Shown one piece after another: positions 37,104-46,445 of a stretch of DNA of 64,000 bases. Both the position numbers and the translations under genes were made by a program. The notes beneath the pieces are model-generated. The model did no database searches and was not told the DNA's origin. It worked only from the letters and a program-made list of their open reading frames with translations. The first letter of the stretch is position 1; every line of letters starts with the position of its first letter. The stretch is from Sandaracinaceae bacterium (GTDB taxonomy: Bacteria > Myxococcota_A > Polyangia > Polyangiales > JADJQN01), in NCBI GenBank assembly GCA_016712745.1, contig JADJQN010000001.1, positions 1,879,086 through 1,943,085 of the forward strand. Direction: 5' to 3'.

Positions 37104-38302
37104 TTCGCTTCGTCGAGATGTTCACGATGCATTGGGCTCTCCAGCATGAGCTCTTGGATCTCGCGCTGCACGGCCATGGCCTCGTGCCCTACATACTCTG
37201 CAACGGGCTCGCCCAAACGCTCATCCGCAATGAAGTGGGAGCTGTACACCTCCGAAGGCAAAAGCCCCCGCTTCAGCTTATGCATACCTTGCGCGCCCGC
37301 TTCAAACCTCTCGTAGCCCCGCGCAATCGCGCGATCTATGAGCACGTAATAGCAAAGCTCGAAGTGCAGCGCGTCGTACTCTTTCAGACAACCCCAATAG
37401 CGGCCATAGAGATGCTTGCCCTTCTCGAAGTTAATCGTGCCCGCAACGAGCCTTGGCCCGTCGTAGGCGAGGACGGCCACCACGCGGTTCTTGGCGTTGC
37501 TCCCCTGCAGATGTGTGAAGAACTTTTCGCTGAGGTATGCATCGGAGCCTTTTCGCGCGCAGGTGTCGCGATAGAAAGCGTCAAGCGCGCTCCATTCGTC
37601 GACGCTCAGCTCGTGCCCATCTGCAACGCGAATGCAGAGGCCGCTTTCGACAACCTTGCGGCGTTCGCGTCGCACTTGCTTGCGCGGCTCAGATCGGAAG
37701 TGCGACAGATAATCGTCGAATGTTTTGTCTCCACGCGAGCGCCAGTGAAACTGCATCGACAGCCGCGGGAAGAATGGCCGATGCGCGCGCATCACGGCAC
37801 GCTCCTGCTCGTTCAAAAAGAGCAAGTGCACAGACGATGCTTTAGTCTCGGTCATCGCAGCCTGAACTCCGGCGAGAAGCACCTCCACAATTTCCTCATA
37901 CGAACGAGAGGGGTCGACCAGAAAGCGAGTCCCCGTTGCCGGGGTGAACGGGGTCATGGATACGAGCTTCGGGTAGTATCGAATACGCGCTCGCGACGCC
38001 GCTTGGGCCCAGCCAAAGTCAAAGATGTACTCGCCGTAGCTGTGCGCCTTCACGTAGAGCGGAAGGGCACCGACCAGCTTGGCGTCATCCCATGCGGTTA
38101 CGTGGAGCGGCGACCAGCCCGTGCCAGGTCCCACGCTTCCGCTCGTCTCGAGCGCGCGTAAGAACGCGTACTCCGCGAACGGATCATTTTCACCGGAGAT
38201 CGCGTCCCACGCAGCTTCATCGATGCGATGCAGGTCTCCGTGAAGCTCGACACGCACTCTACGCTCCGTCACGGGGTGAAGACCTTGCGCCGGCCCGTCC
38301 AA
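37100..38302 (-). CDS. FemAB-like / GNAT-fold acyltransferase (DUF482 family)
   Basis: NDPFAEYAFLRALETSGSVGPGTGWSPLHV...LYVKAHSYGEYIFDFGWA...YYPKLVSMTPFTPATG are typical of that family. Confidence 0.7.
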   Translation of the reverse strand: MDGPAQGLHPVTERRVRVELHGDLHRIDEAAWDAISGENDPFAEYAFLRALETSGSVGPGTGWSPLHVTAWDDAKLVGALPLYVKAHSYGEYIFDFGWAQAASRARIRYYPKLVSMTPFTPATGTRFLVDPSRSYEEIVEVLLAGVQAAMTETKASSVHLLFLNEQERAVMRAHRPFFPRLSMQFHWRSRGDKTFDDYLSHFRSEPRKQVRRERRKVVESGLCIRVADGHELSVDEWSALDAFYRDTCARKGSDAYLSEKFFTHLQGSNAKNRVVAVLAYDGPRLVAGTINFEKGKHLYGRYWGCLKEYDALHFELCYYVLIDRAIARGYERFEAGAQGMHKLKRGLLPSEVYSSHFIADERLGEPVAEYVGHEAMAVQREIQELMLESPMHREHLDEAK

Positions 38303-38356
38303 ATGGCAAGGGGCCCAACGCTCATCGTTCCATCTTGTAGTAGCCTGGAGCTTGAC

Positions 38357-40216
38357 CTAATCGGCGAGAGCGCCTTCGTAGAGCTTGTCGAGCATGGATT
38401 TGTACTTCTGCTCGACAGCCTTGCGCTTCACCTTGAGGCTCGGCGTCAGCTCGCCTTCCTCAATAGTGAGATCCCGCGGGAGAATCGCGAACTTCTTGAT
38501 GGTTTCCCACTTTGCGAGGCTCTGATTGACCTCCTCCACGTAGGGCTCAATCAACGCGCGAAGCTCAGGGCTTTTCGTGACCTCAGCGTAGCTCTTCGCC
38601 CCGAGGCCATTCTCGCGTGCCCACTTCATGACCGCTTCTTCATCGACCGAAAAGAGTGCCGAGCAGAAGTTGCGCGTGTCGCCGTGGACGACGACTTGCG
38701 AAAGGTAGGGGCAAGCGGCCTTGAGCTTGCCTTCGATCATCTGCGGAGCGACGTACTTGCCGCCCGAGGTCTTGATGAGATCCTTTTTGCGATCAGTGAT
38801 GCGGATGAACCCATCGGCATCGATCTCGCCGATATCACCGGTGTGCAGCCAGCCGTCTGCAGTAAGCGCCTCGGCCGTTTGCTCGGGAAGATTGTGATAG
38901 CCACGCATAACGCCGGGGCTCTTGATGAGGATCTCGCTGTCGGACTCCGCCAAGCGGATCGTTGTGCCGGGCAGCGGAATGCCTACCGTACCGAAGCGAT
39001 ACTTGCTCAGGCGATTGACCGAGCTTGCCGCGCTCGACTCCGTCAGGCCGTAGCCTTCCAAGATCAAAATGCCGCATGCGTGGAAGAACTCAGCAATCTC
39101 GCGCGAGAGCGGGGCTGATCCCGAGATGAAAAAGCGCAAGCGTCCGCCGAAGCGCTGCTTGATCTTAGAGAAGACGAGCTTCTCGGCGAGCGCGAGCTGA
39201 AGCGCGAGAAGCCCGCCCGGCGTCTTGCCCTCCTGCTTAACGACCGAGCCTCGCTTTCCAACAGCGACAGCCCAGCGGAAAATCTTCTCCGAGAAGCCGC
39301 CCTTCTCTTTGATGCCTTGTATGACCTTGTTGTAGACCTTCTCGAAAATGCGCGGAGCAGCCGCCATCAGGGTGGGGCGAACCACCGCGAGATTGTCGAT
39401 GATCTTCGGAATGCGGCCGTCGATAGCCGTGACGGAGCCAGACATCAGGTGGCCGCACATCAGCACTTTGCCAAAGACGTGGGCCATTGGCAGCCACAAG
39501 AACTGAATCTCGTCGCGCTGCCACAAGCCCGTCGCGTCGATGCCGTCTGCCGTATAGGCCCAGCACTCTTGAACGAGGCGCACGCCTTTGGGCTTACCGG
39601 TCGTGCCGGAGGTGTAAACGAGAGTTGCGATCTGCTCGGGCTGAATAGCTTCAACAATCTTTTCGATCTCACCAGGGTTGGCGGCCAACCAGGTTTTGCC
39701 CAGGGCTTCGAGCTCGGGGAGAGTCATCACCCAGTCGCCATCTGCAGCCGGGCGCTCGCCGTCGATGAGAATCACTTTGCTGAGCTTCGACATCGCGCTG
39801 CGCTGTGAGCGCAATTTGTCGAGCTGGGCTTTGTCTTCCACGACGACAAACTTCGATGCCGAGTCATCGAGAATGAAGGCGCAATCCTCCGCGGTCGTGG
39901 ACGGGTATACGGTCGTTGTCGCGCCGCCCGCACACAGTACGCCAAGGTCGGCAAGGATCCATTCGACGCGCGTGCCGCTCAACACGCCAACACGTTCTTC
40001 GGCGACAAGGCCGAGCGAACGTAAGCCCCCAGCAATCGCGTGTACGCGCTCTCCGGCCGCCTTCCAAGTCATCGACTTCCACTCATCGACACCGTTCTTG
40101 GTCACGGGAAACCGAAAGGCCTCGCGTTCCGCATTGTCTTTGGTGCGCAGCAGGAACAACGCTGCGAGCGATTTAGTTCTGCGAGTTAGGGGCTCAAAGG
40201 CCTTGGATTCCATCAT
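38357..40216 (-). CDS. Long-chain acyl-CoA synthetase (AMP-forming)
   Basis: YTSGTTGKPKGV, GYGLTE, TGDIGEIDADGFIRITDRKKDLIKTSGGKYVAPQ. Confidence 0.85.
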   Translation of the reverse strand: MMESKAFEPLTRRTKSLAALFLLRTKDNAEREAFRFPVTKNGVDEWKSMTWKAAGERVHAIAGGLRSLGLVAEERVGVLSGTRVEWILADLGVLCAGGATTTVYPSTTAEDCAFILDDSASKFVVVEDKAQLDKLRSQRSAMSKLSKVILIDGERPAADGDWVMTLPELEALGKTWLAANPGEIEKIVEAIQPEQIATLVYTSGTTGKPKGVRLVQECWAYTADGIDATGLWQRDEIQFLWLPMAHVFGKVLMCGHLMSGSVTAIDGRIPKIIDNLAVVRPTLMAAAPRIFEKVYNKVIQGIKEKGGFSEKIFRWAVAVGKRGSVVKQEGKTPGGLLALQLALAEKLVFSKIKQRFGGRLRFFISGSAPLSREIAEFFHACGILILEGYGLTESSAASSVNRLSKYRFGTVGIPLPGTTIRLAESDSEILIKSPGVMRGYHNLPEQTAEALTADGWLHTGDIGEIDADGFIRITDRKKDLIKTSGGKYVAPQMIEGKLKAACPYLSQVVVHGDTRNFCSALFSVDEEAVMKWARENGLGAKSYAEVTKSPELRALIEPYVEEVNQSLAKWETIKKFAILPRDLTIEEGELTPSLKVKRKAVEQKYKSMLDKLYEGALAD

Positions 40217-40300
40217 CGGATCCGAATGATGCCCGCCCCAAAGGGATCAGAGCAAGCCCAGGTTCATCAGATGCAGCGGAGGTAACGTCACGGCAGCGAC

Positions 40301-40320
40301 GAGAAACCCGAAGGTTTCTT
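40301..40320 (-). terminator. Stable hairpin downstream of the tRNA pair (7-bp stem, UUCG loop on the transcribed strand), without a U-tract
   Basis: Plus strand: gAGAAACC-cgaa-GGTTTCTt. It lies 20-40 nt 3' of tRNA-Arg. Confidence 0.25.
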
Positions 40321-40339
40321 CGCCGCCCCTCGTTACTAG

Positions 40340-40413
40340 CGCACCCGGGTGGACTCGAACCACCGACCTGCGGCTTAGAAGGCCGATGCTCTATCCAACT
40401 GAGCTACGGGCGC
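40340..40413 (-). tRNA. tRNA-Arg (anticodon TCT)
   Basis: The reverse complement GCGCCCGTAGCTCAGTTGGATAGAGCATCGGCCTTCTAAGCCGCAGGTCGGTGGTTCGAGTCCACCCGGGTGCG folds as a cloverleaf. Acceptor stem 7 bp with one G-U pair, T-arm GGTGG/CCACC, anticodon loop CT-TCT-AA. CCA is not encoded. Confidence 0.9.
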
Positions 40414-40425
40414 TTGTATCGAGAC

Positions 40426-40502
40426 TGGTCGGGGAGGAGGGATTCGAACCCACGACAACCAGCTCCCAAAGCTGGTGCACTACCAGGCTGTGCTACTCCC
40501 CG
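40426..40502 (-). tRNA. tRNA-Pro (anticodon TGG)
   Basis: Reverse complement CGGGGAGTAGCACAGCCTGGTAGTGCACCAGCTTTGGGAGCTGGTTGTCGTGGGTTCGAATCCCTCCTCCCCGACCA. Acceptor stem CGGGGAG/CTCCCCG, anticodon stem CCAGC/GCTGG, loop TT-TGG-GA. CCA is encoded. There is one U-U mismatch in the T-stem. Confidence 0.85.
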
Positions 40503-40545
40503 GACAACGCGCGCACCATAGCGGACCCACGCCCGACACTCAAGG

Positions 40546-41166
40546 TCAGCGCACCTGCAGATAGTTCGCGAGAAATCCGATCATCGCGCGTGCCGCGATA
40601 GCGCGATGGCTGCGGGCGTTTTTCTCGTCCGGCAAAAGCTCGCCATTGGTGCGGGTTTCACCATCGGAGATAAACAGCGAATCGTAGCCAAATCCACACG
40701 TACCGCTCTCAGCATCGGCGACCGTGCCTTCCCAGACCCCCTCCTCGATGTGAACACGAGTCCCGAGCGGTCCGGTCGGGTCCGACAACGCAAGGACACA
40801 TCGGAAACGCGCACCGCGTTGTTCAGTCGGCACGTGGGCCAACTTCTGCAGCAGCAATCGGTTGTTGTCGGCGTCCGAAGCACCTTCCCCAGCGAAGCGC
40901 GCGGAGACAACCCCCGGTGCGCCGCCAAGTGCATCCACTTCGATGCCGCTGTCGTCCGCAAGCGTGAGCATCCCGGTCGCGGAGGAGACCTCCTGCGCTT
41001 TCTTCGTCGCGTTAGCGATGAAGGTGTCGCCGTCTTCTACGACCTCACGCGGCGCACTCTGCACCTCGTCCATCGAGACGACCTGAACGTCAGTGAGAGG
41101 CGCGAGGAGCTTTTGAAACTCTACGAGCTTTCCTCGATTACGCGTCGCCACTAGCAAGCGAATCAT
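40546..41166 (-). CDS. rdgB: Non-canonical purine NTP pyrophosphatase (RdgB/HAM1)
   Basis: LLVATRNRGKLVEF, GFGYDSLF, SHRAIA. Confidence 0.88.
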   Translation of the reverse strand: MIRLLVATRNRGKLVEFQKLLAPLTDVQVVSMDEVQSAPREVVEDGDTFIANATKKAQEVSSATGMLTLADDSGIEVDALGGAPGVVSARFAGEGASDADNNRLLLQKLAHVPTEQRGARFRCVLALSDPTGPLGTRVHIEEGVWEGTVADAESGTCGFGYDSLFISDGETRTNGELLPDEKNARSHRAIAARAMIGFLANYLQVR

Positions 41167-41927
41167 GCTTGGCCCAAAAGGCGCGCGATATCCACACCGA
41201 CTTTCGCAAGCGCCGCTTTCTGCGCATCAAACAAAGTCGGGATGGCACCGATGCCAAGGCTAACCAAGGCGTCCAACTGAGGCCGGCTCATGGGCTCGTC
41301 TTCAGCGGTGCCTTGAACTTCCACGACATCGCCCGTGGCGGTTGCGACGATATTCAAATCGACCTGCGCATCGCGGTCTTCCGTGTAGCAAAGATCCAGA
41401 AGCGGAACGTGTTCGAGCAGCCCCACGCTCACTGCCGCCAAAGGCGCGCGCAATACACCCGGACCCACGAGCCCGCGCTTGCGCAGACCATCAAGTGCCA
41501 TTGCCAGGGCGATAAAACCTCCCGTGACCGACGCCGTGCGAGTGCCACCATCGGCATCGAGGACGTCGCAATCGACGGTGATCGTCCGCTCCCCGAGTTT
41601 CTTCGGATCGATCGCCGCGCGCAGCGCGCGCCCGATCAGCCGTTGAATCTCTTGTGTCCGCCCGTCGATACCCGAGGAGCGCCGTCCATCGCGCGACTGA
41701 CGCGAAGGGTTTGCGCGCGGGTGCATCGCGTACTCCGCGGTGACCCAGCCTTTGCCTTGCCCGCGGAGAAAATCGCGCACGCCTTCGTCCACCGATGCCG
41801 AGCACAGCACGGTCGTACCTCCACACCGATAGAGAACGGAGCCCTCCGGATTTCGCTGCAGACCTGTCTCGATCGAAATGGGCCTTAGAGTCTTTGCGTC
41901 GCGACCATCTGCTCGAGTCTTCATCAT
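41163..41927 (-). CDS. rph: Ribonuclease PH
   Basis: RADGRDAKTLRPISIETG, GSVLYRCGGTTVLC, DGGTRTASVTGG. ATGA overlaps on both sides. Confidence 0.9.
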   Translation of the reverse strand: MMKTRADGRDAKTLRPISIETGLQRNPEGSVLYRCGGTTVLCSASVDEGVRDFLRGQGKGWVTAEYAMHPRANPSRQSRDGRRSSGIDGRTQEIQRLIGRALRAAIDPKKLGERTITVDCDVLDADGGTRTASVTGGFIALAMALDGLRKRGLVGPGVLRAPLAAVSVGLLEHVPLLDLCYTEDRDAQVDLNIVATATGDVVEVQGTAEDEPMSRPQLDALVSLGIGAIPTLFDAQKAALAKVGVDIARLLGQA

Positions 41928-43462
41928 GCAGTTCCTTTGTTGGCGTCATCCGCACTTGGAGCGGGCGGCTGTTCTAAGAATATGAGCGTAAATCGTGTGC
42001 CCCGCGGCGATGCCGCCTCGCAAGCGATGCTTCCGCCATGCGCGAGCATCACCTGCTGCGTGAGCGGCAGCCCCAGGCCAGTTCCGCCTTGCTTGGTCGT
42101 GAAGAAGGGATCGAAGATGTGAGCGCGTACGTCTTCCGACATCCCCTCGCCTTCATCTTCGACGATAAGCCTGACGACGGGCAGGTGCGCGTCTTCATGG
42201 CGCGCAACTCGAACGACAATCTTTCCGCCCTTCGGCATCGCTTCGCGGGCGTTGCGCAGCAGATTGAGCAACGCTTGTCGCACTTGCCCCTCGTCGAGAC
42301 TGACAAGGGCCGACTCGTCGCCCTGTACCTCGAGGTGGATGTCTGCGCTTTCCATTTCGGCACGCACAAACGACGTGACGTCGCGGACGAGCTCGCTCAA
42401 ATCCTCGCTCGTAAAGCGAGGGGCCGGCAAGCGTGCGAGCCGAAGGTACTCCTCGGTCACGCCGGTGAGGCGATCCACTTCGCGATGGATTGCACGCAGC
42501 AGCGCTTTGACCTCAGGGCCTGAGCTCGCGGTCTCTTCTTCGAGCATCTCTACATTCAAACCGATGCTCGACAACGGATTGCGGACTTCGTGCGTGACAT
42601 GCGCTGCCATACGGCCTATTGCCGCCAGGCGTTCGGACTGAAGCAATCGGGCGTCGCGCGCCGTAATCGCTTCAACCATGCGCTCGAACTCGAGAGTCAG
42701 GCGCCCGATCTCGTCGTCGCGCAGGGCGTGGAGTCGCTCGGTTGAGTCACCTCGACCGACCGCCGCAACTCGTTCCTGCAAGCGTGAAAGCGGGGCCAGC
42801 ACACGCCGCGCCCACCATGTTATTGCGAGCCCTACTCCAAGCGCGATAAACGCAATGGCCGCAAAGAGCTGCACCGAACGCGTTTCCACGTCCTCGGCCG
42901 CTGCACTCATCGCAGCGAGCCCATCCTGCACTGAGTCTGTGGCGCGTCGCAGGTTGCGCTCGATGTCACGCTCACGCGACCTCAGCTGCGCAAGCACTCG
43001 CTCAGCGCGTGGGCGATCTCGAGCGACGAGCGCACGCGTTAGATCATCAAAGTGCGCATCGTCGGTGACATAAGCGGCACGCACCTGCACAAGCCGTTGG
43101 CGTAGCGAACTCAGCAGCGCGCGCTCGCGTTCGGGCGGTGCCATTGCTTCAACACGATCGATGCCAATAAGAGCGCGATGCAAAATGGCCGGTCGTGCGC
43201 GCCGAGCCGAGTTTAGCCAACTGCGGGTGGCGCTCGTGTCTTCTTCTTCGAGAATGCGATCGACCAAGGTGCCGAACACCGCCTGATTGGCCCGCACCTC
43301 GGCAACATCGAGCGCCAGCGGCAAATAGCCATCGTGCAAAAGACGAAGCGTGCTCGCCGTTCGCTGATGCTGCCGAATCGACGCGCTCGCGACGACGCCG
43401 AATGCCACGAGCACAAACGCGAAGCCCAAGAAGATGCGTGTCGGAATCGAAAGCTTAGGCAT
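41924..43462 (-). CDS. Membrane sensor histidine kinase (HAMP-HisKA-HATPase)
   Basis: H-box HVTHEVRNPLSSI, N-box NLLRNAREA, G-boxes DEGEGM and GGTGLGL. Two TM segments. No response regulator gene adjacent. Confidence 0.8.
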   Translation of the reverse strand: MPKLSIPTRIFLGFAFVLVAFGVVASASIRQHQRTASTLRLLHDGYLPLALDVAEVRANQAVFGTLVDRILEEEDTSATRSWLNSARRARPAILHRALIGIDRVEAMAPPERERALLSSLRQRLVQVRAAYVTDDAHFDDLTRALVARDRPRAERVLAQLRSRERDIERNLRRATDSVQDGLAAMSAAAEDVETRSVQLFAAIAFIALGVGLAITWWARRVLAPLSRLQERVAAVGRGDSTERLHALRDDEIGRLTLEFERMVEAITARDARLLQSERLAAIGRMAAHVTHEVRNPLSSIGLNVEMLEEETASSGPEVKALLRAIHREVDRLTGVTEEYLRLARLPAPRFTSEDLSELVRDVTSFVRAEMESADIHLEVQGDESALVSLDEGQVRQALLNLLRNAREAMPKGGKIVVRVARHEDAHLPVVRLIVEDEGEGMSEDVRAHIFDPFFTTKQGGTGLGLPLTQQVMLAHGGSIACEAASPRGTRFTLIFLEQPPAPSADDANKGTA

Positions 43463-43471
43463 GAGGTCGTA

Positions 43472-46408
43472 TCAATGAGTGCCCAGGAGTGTACCCACTT
43501 CGCCCGCCAAGCTGGGATCGGCGCGCGTCGCTTCCTGCGCGGCCTGACGCGCATCCGCTGTGCGACGCAATGCTACGAGTGCGCGCACGCGCCCGACCTG
43601 AATCGGCCCCGGATGCTCCGGATGCAGGCGCAGAGCTTGATCAAGCTCCACGAGCCCCTGCTGCGCGTGATTTGTGCGCACATACGCTTCGCCAAGGATG
43701 CGGTGCGTCTCGGCCCGGCCTGGATTCACGAACAGTCCCATCTCGCCGATGGGAATCGCATCGGCCCAACGACCGCGAGTTGCGAGCATATCGAGCAAGG
43801 CATCGTTTGCCGCACGGTCGTGCTGATCAATGTGCGCGATGCGGTCGAGCGCGCGAAGTTTGAGCTCATCGTCATGCGCTTGCTCTGCCAGCTCAAGCAG
43901 GCCTTGCCATGCTCCTGCGCGTTCGCCGTCGATGCGTATCGCAGCTTCAAGCGCGGCCCGCATTCCAGCGGAGTCGTGCTTTGCAGCGGCGATGCGCGCG
44001 CTCAGCATGCGCACTTCGTACCCGTCGTGCTGGCTTGCGATCAAGTCCTGGACATGTGCCTCTGCGCGCGGAGCGTCGTTGCGCGACAGCGAGTAACGCG
44101 CGAGCAAAAAGTGCGCGACGGGCTCGTGCGCATCGAGACGCAAGGCGCGCTGCGCGTTGCTTACGGCCGTGTCCGCGTGCCCGTCCTGAAGCTGCCCCAT
44201 TGCAAGGGCAGCGAGCGCGTGAGCGTCTTGCGGAGCCGCATCCACCGCATGCTGCAGCGGCGGCACGTCGAGATAGCGTAAGGGATCGACCGCAAAATCA
44301 GTGGCATAGGCCGCGAGTCGCTGCAAGGTGTGCGCGCGAAAATCGCTATCGAGTTGCTCGGCGCTTATGTGCAGCACGCGCGAGATGACGTCCGACGTCG
44401 AAGCGCCCTGCCCCCACTCGCGCAGCATCCGCGGAACTACTTCAAACCCGTAGCGCCCCACCAGGTACACAATGATCTGCGATGATCCGTAGTAGGCCGT
44501 GAGTATTTGCTGCGGATGGCGCACGTGCGTGAACGCGGAATTCATGTCGCGAATCGCCGGAAAACGACCGGCCTGCATGGCCAGATAGAGCGTGGCATCG
44601 TCTTCGCGTTTCCATTCAGGGCGCGCAACGATGGTTTCGTACTCGGCCAGCCCTTCGGTAAACCAGCGGGGGACGTGGTTGTGCGAGAGCTGGATGTGAA
44701 AGACGTGCGCAAGCTCGTGCCAAATGATGTTGCCCCAGTTGAATGGGCCACCCGCGGGCGAGATCGCCGTGACGACCTTGCCAAAGCAAACGCCTTGCAC
44801 GCCTACGTTGGGAAGGCCGGTCGTGCGAATAGAGAAGTGTTCCGGACTGGCGAACATCTCGATGCGCACGGGTCCTTCGGGCGTAAAGCCATAGCGGCGC
44901 ACCATGTCGGCGTACGCCCGTCGTAGGGTCGGCACCACGTATGGTTCGAGAGCCGGGCGCTCGTCGCGGTGCATGCGCATGACGAAGGGCGCAGCCTGGA
45001 ACTCTTCGTACTCGCGCGTCACGATGTTGTCGTAAAAATTGAGCGTATTGTAGACGTGCACGTTGAAGTGATCGCGACTCCAAGCGTCGCGCAGAGCGGC
45101 AAGGCCTTCCGTCTCCTCGCCCATGCGCAAGAGATTGAGACCCAAGGTGGCGTGCGCCAGTGCGTCGTCCGAATTGAGGGTGACCGCCTCGCGTGCCATG
45201 CGCACGATTTCCGGATAGCGATGCTCCCAGTCCGCGTAGTCGCCGATGATGCTGTACATGCGGCTGTAGCGACGATTGCGACGAAACACTTCGCTCTTCG
45301 CGCGCTCAAACCCTTGCGCGTCGTCTGCGAGGAAACGAATCGCTGCCCGCACGCTCAGGGCCTCCAAATCGTTGGCGTTGATGTTAAGCGCACGTGAAAT
45401 GTGCTCGTCGGCGAGCCGAATATCCATGTCCCGCAGTGCCATGCCGGCACGCGTCACGTGAGCAAGCACGAGGTTTGGATTGGTGGTGAGCGCGGCGTCC
45501 GTTTCCTCGTTCGCGCCGGGGAAATCGAAGGTCTGTTCGAGCTTGATGCGGGCTAAGAGTGCGCGGCCAAGAGCGCTGTGCGGATTGTGTTCGAGCGCTT
45601 CACGCACGCACTCCTCGGCATGACCCGTGTCGTACTTCTCCATGAAGAGCTGAGCCCACTCGAGCTGCGTCTCGACACGCGTTGCGTCAGCGCGAGCTGC
45701 ATCGCGGAACGCTTCGTTCGCATCCTGAAAACTTCCAAGGCCCCAGGCGGCCATGCCTACGTACGTGAGCCCTTCGGCATCGCGATCGGAGATGCGATCG
45801 TCGTTATACGCATCGATGAGCGTCATCAAGACCGCTTGCGCTTCGGCGTCGCGTCCCCGGTCGATCATCAACCGACCCAAAAGCACATGCGCACGAAACG
45901 CTGAAGCATCAGTCGTAAGCGACGCGAGCAATCGTTCGCCGTCGTCGAGCTTACCCTGACGTAGAATCGCTTCGGCCTGCAGCGTCACAGCGGCTCTGTG
46001 CATGGCAGGATTCGAGCTCGACGCAGCGGCTACCTGTCGCGCCATTGCCTCACACTCGGCATACCGGCCTGTGTCGAGTTGCAGACGCGCCATCAACATC
46101 TGCGCGCGCAAGACATCGGCGCCCGTCATCATCGTCTCGAGCGCACGCGTCGCTGCAACGTATGCACCGCGACCGATGGCGGCTTCAACTCCCGGCAAGT
46201 CGGTGGGAACAACGTCTGGCTGCGCTGGAGTCGCCGGCGGCGCTGCAACTAAGGCAGGGTCAGCAGCAATCGCTGCGGCCGGGCCCGCTTGTGACGAGTT
46301 GGGCTCTGCCGTGGCGGGGACGGCGGGCGGTGCGCCCGAGCACGCTGCGAGCAGCGCAAATCCAATCGTACCAATGCTGCCTCGCCCCGCACCGCGTGCC
46401 AGTTTCAT
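43472..46408 (-). CDS. Large TPR-repeat protein with an embedded MA-clan (HExxH) peptidase-like domain
   Basis: Signal/lipobox LLAAC. WHELAHVFH...WFTEGLAEYE (gluzincin-like). TPR-like helices flank it on both sides. Confidence 0.65.
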   Translation of the reverse strand: MKLARGAGRGSIGTIGFALLAACSGAPPAVPATAEPNSSQAGPAAAIAADPALVAAPPATPAQPDVVPTDLPGVEAAIGRGAYVAATRALETMMTGADVLRAQMLMARLQLDTGRYAECEAMARQVAAASSSNPAMHRAAVTLQAEAILRQGKLDDGERLLASLTTDASAFRAHVLLGRLMIDRGRDAEAQAVLMTLIDAYNDDRISDRDAEGLTYVGMAAWGLGSFQDANEAFRDAARADATRVETQLEWAQLFMEKYDTGHAEECVREALEHNPHSALGRALLARIKLEQTFDFPGANEETDAALTTNPNLVLAHVTRAGMALRDMDIRLADEHISRALNINANDLEALSVRAAIRFLADDAQGFERAKSEVFRRNRRYSRMYSIIGDYADWEHRYPEIVRMAREAVTLNSDDALAHATLGLNLLRMGEETEGLAALRDAWSRDHFNVHVYNTLNFYDNIVTREYEEFQAAPFVMRMHRDERPALEPYVVPTLRRAYADMVRRYGFTPEGPVRIEMFASPEHFSIRTTGLPNVGVQGVCFGKVVTAISPAGGPFNWGNIIWHELAHVFHIQLSHNHVPRWFTEGLAEYETIVARPEWKREDDATLYLAMQAGRFPAIRDMNSAFTHVRHPQQILTAYYGSSQIIVYLVGRYGFEVVPRMLREWGQGASTSDVISRVLHISAEQLDSDFRAHTLQRLAAYATDFAVDPLRYLDVPPLQHAVDAAPQDAHALAALAMGQLQDGHADTAVSNAQRALRLDAHEPVAHFLLARYSLSRNDAPRAEAHVQDLIASQHDGYEVRMLSARIAAAKHDSAGMRAALEAAIRIDGERAGAWQGLLELAEQAHDDELKLRALDRIAHIDQHDRAANDALLDMLATRGRWADAIPIGEMGLFVNPGRAETHRILGEAYVRTNHAQQGLVELDQALRLHPEHPGPIQVGRVRALVALRRTADARQAAQEATRADPSLAGEVGTLLGTH

Positions 46409-46445
46409 GCGCGCAGTGTACGTCGACGTGTAAAGAAAGGCCCGT

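Noticed and set aside
40340-40502. The tRNA pair as an integration hotspot or genomic-island border
   Set aside because: There is no integrase, no direct repeat of a tRNA 3' end and no compositional break that I can see. The flanking genes are ordinary core functions.
40386-40601. A 71-aa plus-strand ORF
   Set aside because: It is simply the antisense strand of tRNA-Arg and tRNA-Pro plus spacer sequence.
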